DNA of 64,000 nucleotides from contig DATKZX010000004.1 of assembly GCA_035527755.1 (NCBI GenBank), positions 21,014-85,013 of the forward strand, in the 5' to 3' direction. Source of the stretch: Methanomassiliicoccales archaeon. Lineage in GTDB: Archaea; Thermoplasmatota; Thermoplasmata; Methanomassiliicoccales; UBA472. Both the position numbers and the translations under genes were made by a program. The notes under the pieces are model-generated. The model was not told the DNA's origin. It worked only from the letters and a program-made list of their open reading frames with translations, and ran no database searches. Below are positions 7,849-17,172 of the stretch, one piece after another (the first letter of the stretch is position 1; each line of letters opens with the position of its first letter).

Positions 7849-9400
7849 GGCGGACAAAGGGAAGGTCACATCCTTCCTCGACGTGGGCACCAATTCCGTG
7901 AGGCTGCTGGTAGTGCGCATCAACGCCAATCGTTCCTACACGGTCATCAGCGAACAGAAGGAGATAGTAAGGCTTGGGGACACCGAGTTCGGGGAAGGTG
8001 TGTTGTCAGAGGAGGCCATCGATAGGACGATCAGGGTGGTAAAGAACTTCTGTGATCTCTCCCGGACATATGGCGCCACGGAGTTCGTGGCCATGGCAAC
8101 CTCCGCCACTCGTGAGGCCATCAACCGGATGGACCTTGTTGACCGGTTAAAGGATGTCACTGGACTGGAACTGGAGATCATCTCCGGAATGGAAGAGGCA
8201 CGTCTGATATACCTAGGAGTATCCAGCGGACATCACATTGGACGGAAGACCTCCTTGTTCATTGACATCGGAGGGGGAAGCACGGAACTGGTGCTGGGTG
8301 ACCAGCTTAACTACTCGTACCTGGAGAGCTTGAAGGTCGGGGCCATCCGCCTCACCACCATGTTCGTGAAGAAGGTCGAGGGACCGGTATCGGAAGACAT
8401 ACTGAACAAAATGCGCAAGTACGTGAAGAGCGCGCTGGTCCGTGGGAAGAGAGAGATCGTGCAGAGCAAGGTGAGTCTGGCCTTCGGCAGTTCCGGTACC
8501 ATCGTCAATCTCTCGGAGATCTTAGCAAAACATGACAGTTCCGCCCATCTAGGCATTATCCGTCATTCGCAGTTGAAGAAAATTCTTCCCTACCTGTCCA
8601 ACATGGACCTGAATACCAGGCGAAAGGTGCCAGGGATCAATCCTGAAAGGGCGGACATCATCGTGGCCGGTGCGGTGATACTGGAGATGATCATGGAGGA
8701 ACTGAAGCTGAGCGAGATCGCCGTAAGCTCACGCAGCCTTCGTGATGGGATGCTCCTGGACTATCTCGGAGGTTTGCAGGAGTTCCCTGGATATCGCGAG
8801 CTATCGGTGAGGGAAAGAAGTGCGATACAGCTCGGACGGACGTGCTCTGTGGACGAGGAGCATGCCCGAAGAGTGATGACCATTGCCCTAGAGCTGTTCG
8901 ACAGCGCCGCCAAGAAAGGGCTTCATGGTTTCGGTAAGGAGGAACGGGAGCTACTGCATCATGCCGCGTTCCTGCACGATGTGGGGGATTTCATCTCCTT
9001 CAACGATCATCATCTTCATTCGCATTACATCATCTGCCACGCCGAGCTCTTGGGATTTTCGAGCCGCGAGGTGCTTATCATGGCCAATGTGGCCAAGTAT
9101 CATAGGAAGCGCACCCCCAAGGTCCGGTCGGTGGACCTGAAGGACCTGGATGACATCGATAAGCGAGTGGTGCTGCACCTTTCCACGTTTCTGCGGATGG
9201 CCGAGAGCCTGGACAGGTCTCACTCCAACCTGGTGCAGAGCGTGCACTTCAGCAAGGTAATGAAAAATTCGGTGAGGCTGATCGTGACCGCCAGCGGGGA
9301 CCCGCAGCTTGAGATGTGGCGTTTGGAGGAGGACCGCAAGGCTTTCGTGAAAGCTTTTGGAAAAGAATTACAAGTGATACTGAACCGCATCGAAAGTTAA
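7838..9400 (+). CDS. ppx: Exopolyphosphatase / guanosine pentaphosphate phosphohydrolase (Ppx/GppA)
   Basis: It has the ASKHA N-terminus FLDVGTNSVRLLVV..IDIGGGSTELV and a C-terminal HD-type domain (AAFLHDVGDFISFNDHHLHS, KYHRK, LRMAESLDRSH). The start is tentatively TTG 7838, with AGGAGG at 7825-7830. The ORF track allows 7757. Confidence 0.85.
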   Translation: MNNEADKGKVTSFLDVGTNSVRLLVVRINANRSYTVISEQKEIVRLGDTEFGEGVLSEEAIDRTIRVVKNFCDLSRTYGATEFVAMATSATREAINRMDLVDRLKDVTGLELEIISGMEEARLIYLGVSSGHHIGRKTSLFIDIGGGSTELVLGDQLNYSYLESLKVGAIRLTTMFVKKVEGPVSEDILNKMRKYVKSALVRGKREIVQSKVSLAFGSSGTIVNLSEILAKHDSSAHLGIIRHSQLKKILPYLSNMDLNTRRKVPGINPERADIIVAGAVILEMIMEELKLSEIAVSSRSLRDGMLLDYLGGLQEFPGYRELSVRERSAIQLGRTCSVDEEHARRVMTIALELFDSAAKKGLHGFGKEERELLHHAAFLHDVGDFISFNDHHLHSHYIICHAELLGFSSREVLIMANVAKYHRKRTPKVRSVDLKDLDDIDKRVVLHLSTFLRMAESLDRSHSNLVQSVHFSKVMKNSVRLIVTASGDPQLEMWRLEEDRKAFVKAFGKELQVILNRIES

Positions 9401-9453
9401 AGAATAAAAGGTAAAATCGAATTTAAAGGGTTTGGCTGGGTAATAAAAAAAAC

Positions 9454-9672
9454 CTACTTGGTCTTCTTCATTATTTTCATCCAGCCGCCACTCTCGAACA
9501 CCGCGAGACTTCTCTTTCCCAAGGTCTTTTCGAACTCGTCCCAGGAAACGATCTCTAGCCTTGCGTTGTTGCCCTTCGTGAACTGAATTCCGTTAGTGCC
9601 CTTCACGCGACCGGGCTTGAGACCCTTTTTCTTCGCGATGTCCTTGGCCTTGTCTAAACTAATCTTCTCCAT
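9454..9672 (-). CDS. Small lysine-rich basic protein, function unknown
   Basis: The protein is 72 aa from ATG 9672 and contains 15 Lys. GAGGAGGT lies upstream, and TTG or GTG starts a few codons earlier are possible. AT-rich TATA-like sequence lies upstream (9735-9760). A T8 run on the coding strand follows the TAG stop immediately. Confidence 0.45.
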   Translation of the reverse strand: MEKISLDKAKDIAKKKGLKPGRVKGTNGIQFTKGNNARLEIVSWDEFEKTLGKRSLAVFESGGWMKIMKKTK

Positions 9673-9932
9673 CACCAAAGAATTACCTCCTCGATAATCG
9701 ACCACTCTGGCCTATTACCCAGTAAGTAATGGAAATATTCTATATATAAAATTTATCGTATAAAGAATTAAATCCAGCGTTCATTTACTTATATAATATG
9801 CCCTGTTAATTCTCAGGTAACCCAGATAATTATACACACTGTATGAATTTGAAAACCATGCTGGGTCGATGACTGGCTAGTGCTGGAGGGAGCAAGGTTA
9901 TATGCCCCGGTTGGGATAACCTCGGGAGCATT

Positions 9933-11228
9933 ATGAGCCTCTTCGGTTCTTCTGGTATACGAGGTTTGGTCGGAAAGGACATAAACGTCGAGCTTTGCGT
10001 CAAGATCGGTCGTGCAGTTGGAGAAATGGCCGGCATTGTCGTACTAGGAAAGGACCCGCGGACCAGCGGGGATATGGTGATGAACGCGCTTATGGCCGGA
10101 CTTATCGAGGCAGGGGCTGAACCATACCGAGCGGGAATGATCCCCACACCAACACTGGCCTACGCCGCTTCCCATTTCGACTGTGGGCTAATGGTCACCG
10201 CCTCACACAATCCCCCGGAGTACAACGGGGTGAAGATGTGGAACCAGGATGGCAGTGCCTTCGATGGAGATCAGACCGCAGAGGTTGAACGGCTCATAAC
10301 TAGCGGAGGCAAGAGGACCGCATGGAATTCCATGTTCCAGGAGCAGAGATGGGAGGGAGCAGTCGATGAGCACATCAACGCCATCCTCGAAGAGGTGGGT
10401 CAGGCCGATCGCCCTTTGGTGCTTGACTGCGGTTGTGGGGCTACTGGAACGGTCAGTCCCCGCACGTTCAGTGAGATGGGCTGCGAGGTCTTGACCCTCA
10501 ACGCCAATCCAGATGGTATGTTCCCTGGTCGGCCCTCGGAGCCTTCTGAGGAGAACTTGAAGGACCTTATGAACTTGGCCAAGGCCAAGGGCGTGATGGG
10601 CATCGCACACGATGGCGACGGGGATCGCATGGTGGCTGTGGACGAAAAAGGTCACTACGTCAGCGGAGATCGTCTTTTGGCCTTGTTCGCCTCCTTGATG
10701 GAGATCGACGATATGGCCGCACCGGTCGATGCCTCCATGGTATTGGATGATATCGTAGGACGAACGATAACGCGCACCAAGGTGGGGGATGCGTTCGTAT
10801 CTGAGGTTATGAAGAAGAAGGGGCTGCCTTTCGGAGGAGAACCTTCTGGTACGTTCATCTTCCCCCGGATCAGCTACTGTCCCGATGGTATCCTGGCCGG
10901 AGCCACCTTGATAAAGCTCCTTGAAGGGAGACCGCTCTATGAAATGGTAAATGCTCTGCCCAGTTATTGTTCGGCACGCTCATCTTTCTCTTTCAATTCC
11001 GAGGATAGGGAGAGAGTGCATACCAGGCTGGCAGAGGAGATGGGGTCCGTGGAAGGGGACCTGAGCACTGTGGACGGATTCCGAGTCGACCTCGGCCACG
11101 GTTGGATGCTGGTCCGCCTCTCCGGCACAGAACCTAAGATCAGGCTCACCGCCGAGGCCCGGGACCAGAAGGACCTGGAAGCGATCGTGGACCTGGCTAG
11201 CACGCGAGTGAGGAAGGCTTTGGGCTAA
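9933..11228 (+). CDS. glmM: Phosphohexomutase (phosphoglucosamine mutase / phosphomannomutase family)
   Basis: It has the active-site loop MVTASHNPPEYNGVKMW, the metal loop GIAHDGDGDRM, and the sugar/phosphate loops GGEPSG and RLSGTEP. It is adjacent to a GlmU-like gene. Confidence 0.8.
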   Translation: MSLFGSSGIRGLVGKDINVELCVKIGRAVGEMAGIVVLGKDPRTSGDMVMNALMAGLIEAGAEPYRAGMIPTPTLAYAASHFDCGLMVTASHNPPEYNGVKMWNQDGSAFDGDQTAEVERLITSGGKRTAWNSMFQEQRWEGAVDEHINAILEEVGQADRPLVLDCGCGATGTVSPRTFSEMGCEVLTLNANPDGMFPGRPSEPSEENLKDLMNLAKAKGVMGIAHDGDGDRMVAVDEKGHYVSGDRLLALFASLMEIDDMAAPVDASMVLDDIVGRTITRTKVGDAFVSEVMKKKGLPFGGEPSGTFIFPRISYCPDGILAGATLIKLLEGRPLYEMVNALPSYCSARSSFSFNSEDRERVHTRLAEEMGSVEGDLSTVDGFRVDLGHGWMLVRLSGTEPKIRLTAEARDQKDLEAIVDLASTRVRKALG

Positions 11229-11274
11229 GCAGACATTTAATAGATAGCACCTATTGACAAGTGGAAGGAGAGAA

Positions 11275-12501
11275 ATGAAAGCCCTCATCCTAGCCGCCGG
11301 CGATGGCACCCGACTCAGACCCCTTACCAGCAACAAACCCAAGCCTCTGCTCACTGTGGCGGGGAAACCTTACCTGGCACACCTTGTACAAGCTCTGAAG
11401 GACGCGGGTATCAAGGACCAGACCATCCTGGTCGGCTGGAAGAGCAATAAGGTGAGGGAGTTTTTTGGCGACGGACAGCATATGGGGGTGGACCTAACAT
11501 ACCTGGAACAGAAGGAAAGGTTAGGCACCGCCAACGCTATCGGCGTGGCCGAAGGGATCATCCAGGAAGATTTTGTATGCGTCAACGGGGATGTCGTCAT
11601 GGCCCCGGAATCGATAGCAGAGCTGGTAACCGCGTTCCAAAAGGACCGGCGGCCTATCATGGGGACGGTGGAGGTCCCCGACCCCTCCCGCTTCGGAGTG
11701 GTCGAGCAAAAAGATGGGAAACTGGTACGTGTCTGGGAGAAGCCGTCGAACCCTCCGTCCAACCTTATCAACGGCGGTATCTTCGGTCTCACTCCCGAGG
11801 TCTTCGATCTGATCCATAGGACAGAACGGTCCTCCCGGGGCGAGTACGAGTTCACAGACACCTTGAACATGATGTCCGCTGAGATGGACGTGAGGGTCCA
11901 TCGCATCGTGGGGGAATGGATAGACGTAGGTTATCCTTGGGAATTACTACGAGCCAATGAATACCTCATGGGGCGTTTGAAACGGAATGTCCGTGGCACG
12001 GTGGAGGAAGGCGCTGTGATCAAAGGCAACGTCGTCGTCGAGGAAGGCGCTGTGATCCGCAGCGGGAGCTACATCGAAGGACCGGTCTACATCTCCAAGG
12101 GATGCGATGTCGGACCGAACTGTTACATCCGCCCTTCCACCTGCCTCGGTGAGGGGGTCAAGGTAGGGAACGCGGTTGAGGTGAAGAACTCCATCATCAT
12201 GCAAAGGACCAACGTACCGCACCACAATTACATAGGGGACAGCGTGATCGGTGAACGGTGCAATTTCGGCTCAGGGACCAAGGTGGCCAACCTGCGTTTT
12301 GACGACCGCGCTGTCAGGGTATCGACCAGGGGGCAGCTCATAAACTCCGGAAGAAGGAAGTTAGGCGCCATCATCGGTGATGATGTGAAGACCGGAATAA
12401 ACGCCATGATAGAGCCCGGGGCCGTCATCTGGGAAGGTACCATCATCGGGATGGGGGCGTTGGCCCGGGGGAACATAGGGCCGAACAGCAGGGTCCTTTA
12501 A
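11275..12501 (+). CDS. Bifunctional sugar-1-phosphate nucleotidylyltransferase / acetyltransferase (archaeal GlmU-like)
   Basis: The start was set at ATG 11275, with GGAAGGAG upstream. The N-terminus is MKALILAAGDGTRLRPLTSNKPKPLL. The C-terminal half consists of hexapeptide (left-handed beta-helix) repeats. Confidence 0.75.
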   Translation: MKALILAAGDGTRLRPLTSNKPKPLLTVAGKPYLAHLVQALKDAGIKDQTILVGWKSNKVREFFGDGQHMGVDLTYLEQKERLGTANAIGVAEGIIQEDFVCVNGDVVMAPESIAELVTAFQKDRRPIMGTVEVPDPSRFGVVEQKDGKLVRVWEKPSNPPSNLINGGIFGLTPEVFDLIHRTERSSRGEYEFTDTLNMMSAEMDVRVHRIVGEWIDVGYPWELLRANEYLMGRLKRNVRGTVEEGAVIKGNVVVEEGAVIRSGSYIEGPVYISKGCDVGPNCYIRPSTCLGEGVKVGNAVEVKNSIIMQRTNVPHHNYIGDSVIGERCNFGSGTKVANLRFDDRAVRVSTRGQLINSGRRKLGAIIGDDVKTGINAMIEPGAVIWEGTIIGMGALARGNIGPNSRVL

Positions 12502-12878
12502 AGGTCCACGACTGGAAGCTCTATACTACTACCTTGATGATCGTAGGCCTGCCAACTATTTTCATCGTACGGCAAGCATGTGATGATGTGGACCATACCA
12601 TAGCGACGGAAAAGTTCCAGGTCCTGCCTGGAAGGTCGGTTGCTGTAACCGGGGTGAGAATGGATGGTGCCGACCACCGTATGATCGATGGGCAGCATGT
12701 GCAGCATCACCAGCGCGGAGTCCTTCCCCTGAAGTGTTCCAGGCACCAGCAACAGTTCCGAGATAACGCCTTCCTCGACCCTCAGCATAGCCATGAACTC
12801 GTTCGGCAGGCTGTCCCTTGACGCTTGGTTCACCATTTCCATGAGGGAGCGGTCGATACTTTTGACCCTCTTCAGCAC
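12498..12878 (-). CDS. Stand-alone minimal JAMM/MPN+ metalloprotease
   Basis: The protein is 126 aa. It has a Glu context (NEFMAMLRVEE) and the motif GTIHSHPGYSNRPSRQD (HxHx7Sx2D). Its size and wording match the single-domain archaeal JAMM proteins. Confidence 0.75.
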   Translation of the reverse strand: MLKRVKSIDRSLMEMVNQASRDSLPNEFMAMLRVEEGVISELLLVPGTLQGKDSALVMLHMLPIDHTVVGTIHSHPGYSNRPSRQDLELFRRYGMVHIITCLPYDENSWQAYDHQGSSIELPVVDL

Positions 12879-13681
12879 AACGCCCCCATGAGCTTTTCAC
12901 GTGTGCGGGCGTAAAAACCTTTGCCGAAATTGACGAAACGAGCCTTATCGGGCGCTGCCTGGAACTCCACGGTCTCATTCCCGGCCATCATCATCTCCTG
13001 TTGCCCATCGACCACGACCACGCACTCCTTCGGCCGGACTATCTGCACTGATATACGACTACTGGCCGGTACCACCAATGGGCGAGCGGCGAACTTGAAC
13101 GGGGCCATAGGGGCGATGACAAGCGCCTCCACCCGTGGGTCGATGAGGGGAGCCCCCAGGCTCATGGCGTAACAGGTGGAGCCGGTCGGGGTCGCCACCA
13201 CGATCCCGTCCGCTCGCACGTTGACAGCCATCTCCCCGTCCACGAACACCTGGAAGTGGCGGATCTTGGCCACATGGGCCGTGTGCAGCACCGCCTCGTT
13301 CATTGCGTCGAGCATGCGTCTGCCCCCGACCACGGTCTGCAGCTTTGTCCTCCACTCCAATTCGTAATTGTCGTTCAGGAGGTTGTCGATCCCCTCTTCC
13401 ATCTCTTCCTCCGAAACCACCGTCAGAAATCCTAGATCACCAGCGTTGATACCGAACATCGGTGCCTTATTGTGCTGCAGTGCACGCAGGATGGTGCCGT
13501 CACCGCCCACGGTGACCATTATGTCAACGTCCATATCATCGATGCGGTGCCCTTTGACCTTGAATCGCTGGGCCATCTCATTTTCCAGCAGCACCTCGTG
13601 TCCTTCAAGGAGATCGATCGCTTTCCTTGCAATGCGCGGGGCATCGGGAATGTCCATGTTCACGCTCATACCGAACTTCAT
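12872..13681 (-). CDS. nadK: NAD kinase (ATP/polyphosphate-dependent type)
   Basis: It has the GGDGTILRA motif and TPTGSTCYAMSLGAP. The start was set at ATG 13681, which forms an ATGA overlap with the upstream stop and has GAGGTGGT upstream. Confidence 0.9.
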   Translation of the reverse strand: MKFGMSVNMDIPDAPRIARKAIDLLEGHEVLLENEMAQRFKVKGHRIDDMDVDIMVTVGGDGTILRALQHNKAPMFGINAGDLGFLTVVSEEEMEEGIDNLLNDNYELEWRTKLQTVVGGRRMLDAMNEAVLHTAHVAKIRHFQVFVDGEMAVNVRADGIVVATPTGSTCYAMSLGAPLIDPRVEALVIAPMAPFKFAARPLVVPASSRISVQIVRPKECVVVVDGQQEMMMAGNETVEFQAAPDKARFVNFGKGFYARTREKLMGALC

Positions 13682-14481
13682 AGTAACCACCTCAGAGCCT
13701 CGGGGTCGCCAACTGCCAGCGTGTTCGCTCTGGACTTGAGGTCCAACGGCATATCCAGCACGGACCCGTTCATATCGTAGAGCTCCCCACCGGCCTCCCT
13801 AAGGATCAATGCACTGGCGGCTATGTCCACCACTCGCAAGGACCTCGCATAGATCTCGGAATTGAGATAGAAGCCGTCAGCCAGGCCGGCAGCCACCAGG
13901 CACATCTCCAAAGAGGAGCACCCCATCGAACGGGTCCGCCGTGCCTTATGGACCACAGCGTTGGTGGCCTTGGAAGAAAATTTTCCTAGATAGACCATGA
14001 GCACCGATCCGTCCTGTTGGAATGGGCGAGCGTGGATGGTACGCCCGTTCCAAGTGGCCCCTTTCCCCTTCTCCGCGTAGAAAGTATCCTCGGTGACCAG
14101 GTTGCGTACGATGCCGTGGGTCACATCGTTCATGCTCTTTGTCCCCACGGCCAAGGAAACGCTGTAGAACGGTATGCCCATCAAGGCGTTGTATGTGCCA
14201 TCGACAGGGTCCATGATCAATGTTCGATCAAAACCACGATCGATGAAGCCAGCCTCCTCGCTAAGCACATTGAGGGGGACATTCCTCTCGTCCATCATCC
14301 TAAGAAGAGCTTCTTCGGCCACCTGGTCGATACGGCAGGTGGGGGTGCCATCCGCCCCCATGCTCACCTCTTCTGCCCTTTCTTCGAACTCGCAGTGGCC
14401 ATCGATCTCACCGGCCACCTTCTCGGCCAGCCAATACAATGTCTCCTTCATCGCTTTGGATATTGACGGAGGATTATACAT
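13678..14481 (-). CDS. Inositol monophosphatase / fructose-1,6-bisphosphatase family (possible NADP phosphatase partner)
   Basis: It has the metal-binding motifs VLSEE, MDPVDGTYNA and a WD-like SLEMCLVAAGLADGF. It is translationally coupled to nadK. In some archaea the two activities are fused in one protein. Confidence 0.85.
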   Translation of the reverse strand: MYNPPSISKAMKETLYWLAEKVAGEIDGHCEFEERAEEVSMGADGTPTCRIDQVAEEALLRMMDERNVPLNVLSEEAGFIDRGFDRTLIMDPVDGTYNALMGIPFYSVSLAVGTKSMNDVTHGIVRNLVTEDTFYAEKGKGATWNGRTIHARPFQQDGSVLMVYLGKFSSKATNAVVHKARRTRSMGCSSLEMCLVAAGLADGFYLNSEIYARSLRVVDIAASALILREAGGELYDMNGSVLDMPLDLKSRANTLAVGDPEALRWLL

Positions 14482-14541
14482 AATTGCACCAGTGGAAATA
14501 GCTAATACATTGCAGGGCGTTGCCTCAATGCCTCAGGGGGC

Positions 14542-17172
14542 TTGAGGGATCTTTTGAGCGAGGACATCATTTCATTATCTGGAAAAGGGGAGGTCAAGGA
14601 CATCGGCGGGAAAGCTCGCAACCTGACGGACCTAATGGCCGACGGGTTCCCGGTCCCTGAGGGGATCGTCATCGGTACCGCAGCCTACGAACGGTTCCTG
14701 AACGCCAATGGACTAAGGCCGCGCATCGAAGAGATACTACGGACCCTGGATCACAGCGACGGTCTGAAGGTGGCACGCTGTGCGGAATCGATCCGCGGAT
14801 GGGTGCTATCGACGAAAATGGAAAAAGGGTTGGTGGACAACCTTCACATGGAGATGTCAACCCTTGGACCAGAGGGCCTATGGGCGGTTCGTTCGTCGGC
14901 CATCGCAGAGGACCTGGAGCAGGCATCCTTCGCCGGCCAGCAGGACACCTTTCTGAACGTTTCCCTTGAACTTGTAAGCGACCATATCAAAAAGTGCTGG
15001 GCCTCATATTGGAACGACCGGGCGATCAACTACCGTCACGACAATAAGATAGGACATCTGGACTCCGGTATGGCCGTCATAGTCCAACGCATGGTCAATG
15101 CTGACTCCTCGGGCATCATGTTCACATCAGACCCTGTCAGCGGAGAGGAGCGCATCATCATAGAATCGAGCTGGGGATTGGGAGAGTCGATCGCCTCCGG
15201 CCTGGTGACGCCGGACCGTTTCGTCTGCGACCCTCGAACCGGCGAGCTTAGGGAATCCGTCATCGGCAGTAAGGCCAAGGCCATTTTCCTCTCCCCCGAA
15301 GGGGAGAAGGTGGTGGACGTTCCTGCCGCTGAGCAGAAGCGAGCCTCCCTGAGCCGAGCGAACGTGGAGAAGGTCGCCAAACTGGGGCGTGCCCTTCAGG
15401 AACATATGGGGAGCCCACAGGACATCGAATGGGCGGCCGAGGGGGATAAGATATATCTGCTACAGTCCCGCCCGATCACCACCATCGGCGGGGACCACAC
15501 CTTGTGGACCCGAGCCTATGGTGATGAGTATTGGGCGGACGTTACCTCGCCCTTGTTCTTTTCCGTTTTGGGACCATGGTTGACCAAGTACGTCAATTGG
15601 GAAGGCAGCGCCATCATGGGCTATTACGAGCTGACCGATAAAGAACTACTACACATCCACAAAGGACACGTTTATTTCAACGCCGAGGTACTGGAGGGAA
15701 TGCTGGTCTACAACCCTAAGTTCTCACGCACCAAAGAACTGCTCAATTACTTCCCGGAAAAGGATCAGGCTCGCATAGCTAACGCCAAGACCAGGACGTT
15801 CAGGAGGTTGCTGGCGGAGGTCAGGATCGCCCTGCTGGACCGGGATGGCGTCATACTTAGCACCGACAAGGCCTATAAGAAATGGGCCTCTGGCTTCTTG
15901 GAATGGGCCGAGACCTTCGATGCCATGGACCTAACGGAGATACCGGACGAGAAGCTGGAAGACCTTGTGTGGGAAATGGAACGGCGGATCGTAAAGCATT
16001 ATCGCCTTATTCGTTACGGAATGGTGACCCACTCCATAGGCACCAACATGATGGTCAAACGCTGGCTGCAGGATTGGCTAAATGATAGCTCAGGTGCTCT
16101 CTACTCCAGGGTGATCAGCGGCCTTAAGGGCAATAAGACCATCGAGACCAATATAGCGCTCAATAAACTAGCCGATGTGGCAAGGGATGACCCATACGTT
16201 CGAGGCAACGTCCTTGGTCTGAGCTCCAGGGAGATGACGGCCAAGATGAATGATGACCCCAAGATGAGCGGTTATCGGGAAGAGTTCGTTTCTTTCCTCA
16301 CAGATTACGGTCATCGCTCGCATACCAGGGAGCTGTACTTTCCTCGCTGGGGCGACGATCCTCGATTGGTCGCGGACATCGTACGTTCGCTGGTGTCCTC
16401 ATCCCGCTTGGACCTGAAGGAAATGGAAAGACGCAGGATCAAGGAGAGGGAGGAAGCGGAGAAGGACATCCTTGCCAAGATAAGGGACCTCGATAAGGGC
16501 TACTTCAAGGCCGGCATATTCCGCATCGTCATGCATTTCGCTCAGACCTACCTTATATTCCGGGAGAACCAGCGCTACTTCCTTGACCATATTTTGTACA
16601 GAGAGCGGAGGATATACATGGAATTCTCCCGAAGGTTCTTGTCCAAGGGCTGGATAGGAGAAGGAGAGGACATATTCTTCCTGAGCAAAGAGGAGATATT
16701 CGCCCTGGCCAAAGGGATCGGTAAGGAAGCGTTGGCGATGATACCGGAGCGCAAGAATGTGTTCCATCAGTGGAAGGGAGAGCTTCCGCCCAAGTTCCTG
16801 AAGGGGAGTGTAGAGTTCGACGATACCGTTGTGGTGACCGGGAGCGCGGTCAGGCTCACGGGGACATCTGCAAGTCCGGGGATAGCCTCCGGCCCGGTGC
16901 GGGTGGTTGAGTCGATAGAACAGCTCTCCGAGGTGAAAGAGGGGGAGATCCTCATCACTTCCAACACAGACCCCGGATGGACCGCGGTCTTTTCCAAGAT
17001 CGGGGGGCTCATTACAGAGACTGGCGGTATCCTTTCCCATGGAGCTGTGGTTTCCAGGGAATACGGAATTCCGGCAGTGACCGCGGTCAAGAGCGCCACA
17101 AAAATATTCATAACAGGTCAGTGGATAACCCTTGACGGCAACGAAGGCTTGATCTATATCAGGGAAGGATGA
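14542..17172 (+). CDS. PEP-utilizing phosphotransferase with a PPDK/PpsA N-terminal ATP-grasp and a C-terminal swivel phosphohistidine domain (rifampin-phosphotransferase-like architecture)
   Basis: The N-terminus reads DIGGKARNLTDLMADGFPVPEG..AVRSSA..ED....FAGQQDTFLNV. The C-terminus reads ILITSNTDPGWT..ITETGGILSHGAVVSREYGIPAV. No PEP/pyruvate-binding TIM-barrel domain is present. Confidence 0.75.
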   Translation: MRDLLSEDIISLSGKGEVKDIGGKARNLTDLMADGFPVPEGIVIGTAAYERFLNANGLRPRIEEILRTLDHSDGLKVARCAESIRGWVLSTKMEKGLVDNLHMEMSTLGPEGLWAVRSSAIAEDLEQASFAGQQDTFLNVSLELVSDHIKKCWASYWNDRAINYRHDNKIGHLDSGMAVIVQRMVNADSSGIMFTSDPVSGEERIIIESSWGLGESIASGLVTPDRFVCDPRTGELRESVIGSKAKAIFLSPEGEKVVDVPAAEQKRASLSRANVEKVAKLGRALQEHMGSPQDIEWAAEGDKIYLLQSRPITTIGGDHTLWTRAYGDEYWADVTSPLFFSVLGPWLTKYVNWEGSAIMGYYELTDKELLHIHKGHVYFNAEVLEGMLVYNPKFSRTKELLNYFPEKDQARIANAKTRTFRRLLAEVRIALLDRDGVILSTDKAYKKWASGFLEWAETFDAMDLTEIPDEKLEDLVWEMERRIVKHYRLIRYGMVTHSIGTNMMVKRWLQDWLNDSSGALYSRVISGLKGNKTIETNIALNKLADVARDDPYVRGNVLGLSSREMTAKMNDDPKMSGYREEFVSFLTDYGHRSHTRELYFPRWGDDPRLVADIVRSLVSSSRLDLKEMERRRIKEREEAEKDILAKIRDLDKGYFKAGIFRIVMHFAQTYLIFRENQRYFLDHILYRERRIYMEFSRRFLSKGWIGEGEDIFFLSKEEIFALAKGIGKEALAMIPERKNVFHQWKGELPPKFLKGSVEFDDTVVVTGSAVRLTGTSASPGIASGPVRVVESIEQLSEVKEGEILITSNTDPGWTAVFSKIGGLITETGGILSHGAVVSREYGIPAVTAVKSATKIFITGQWITLDGNEGLIYIREG

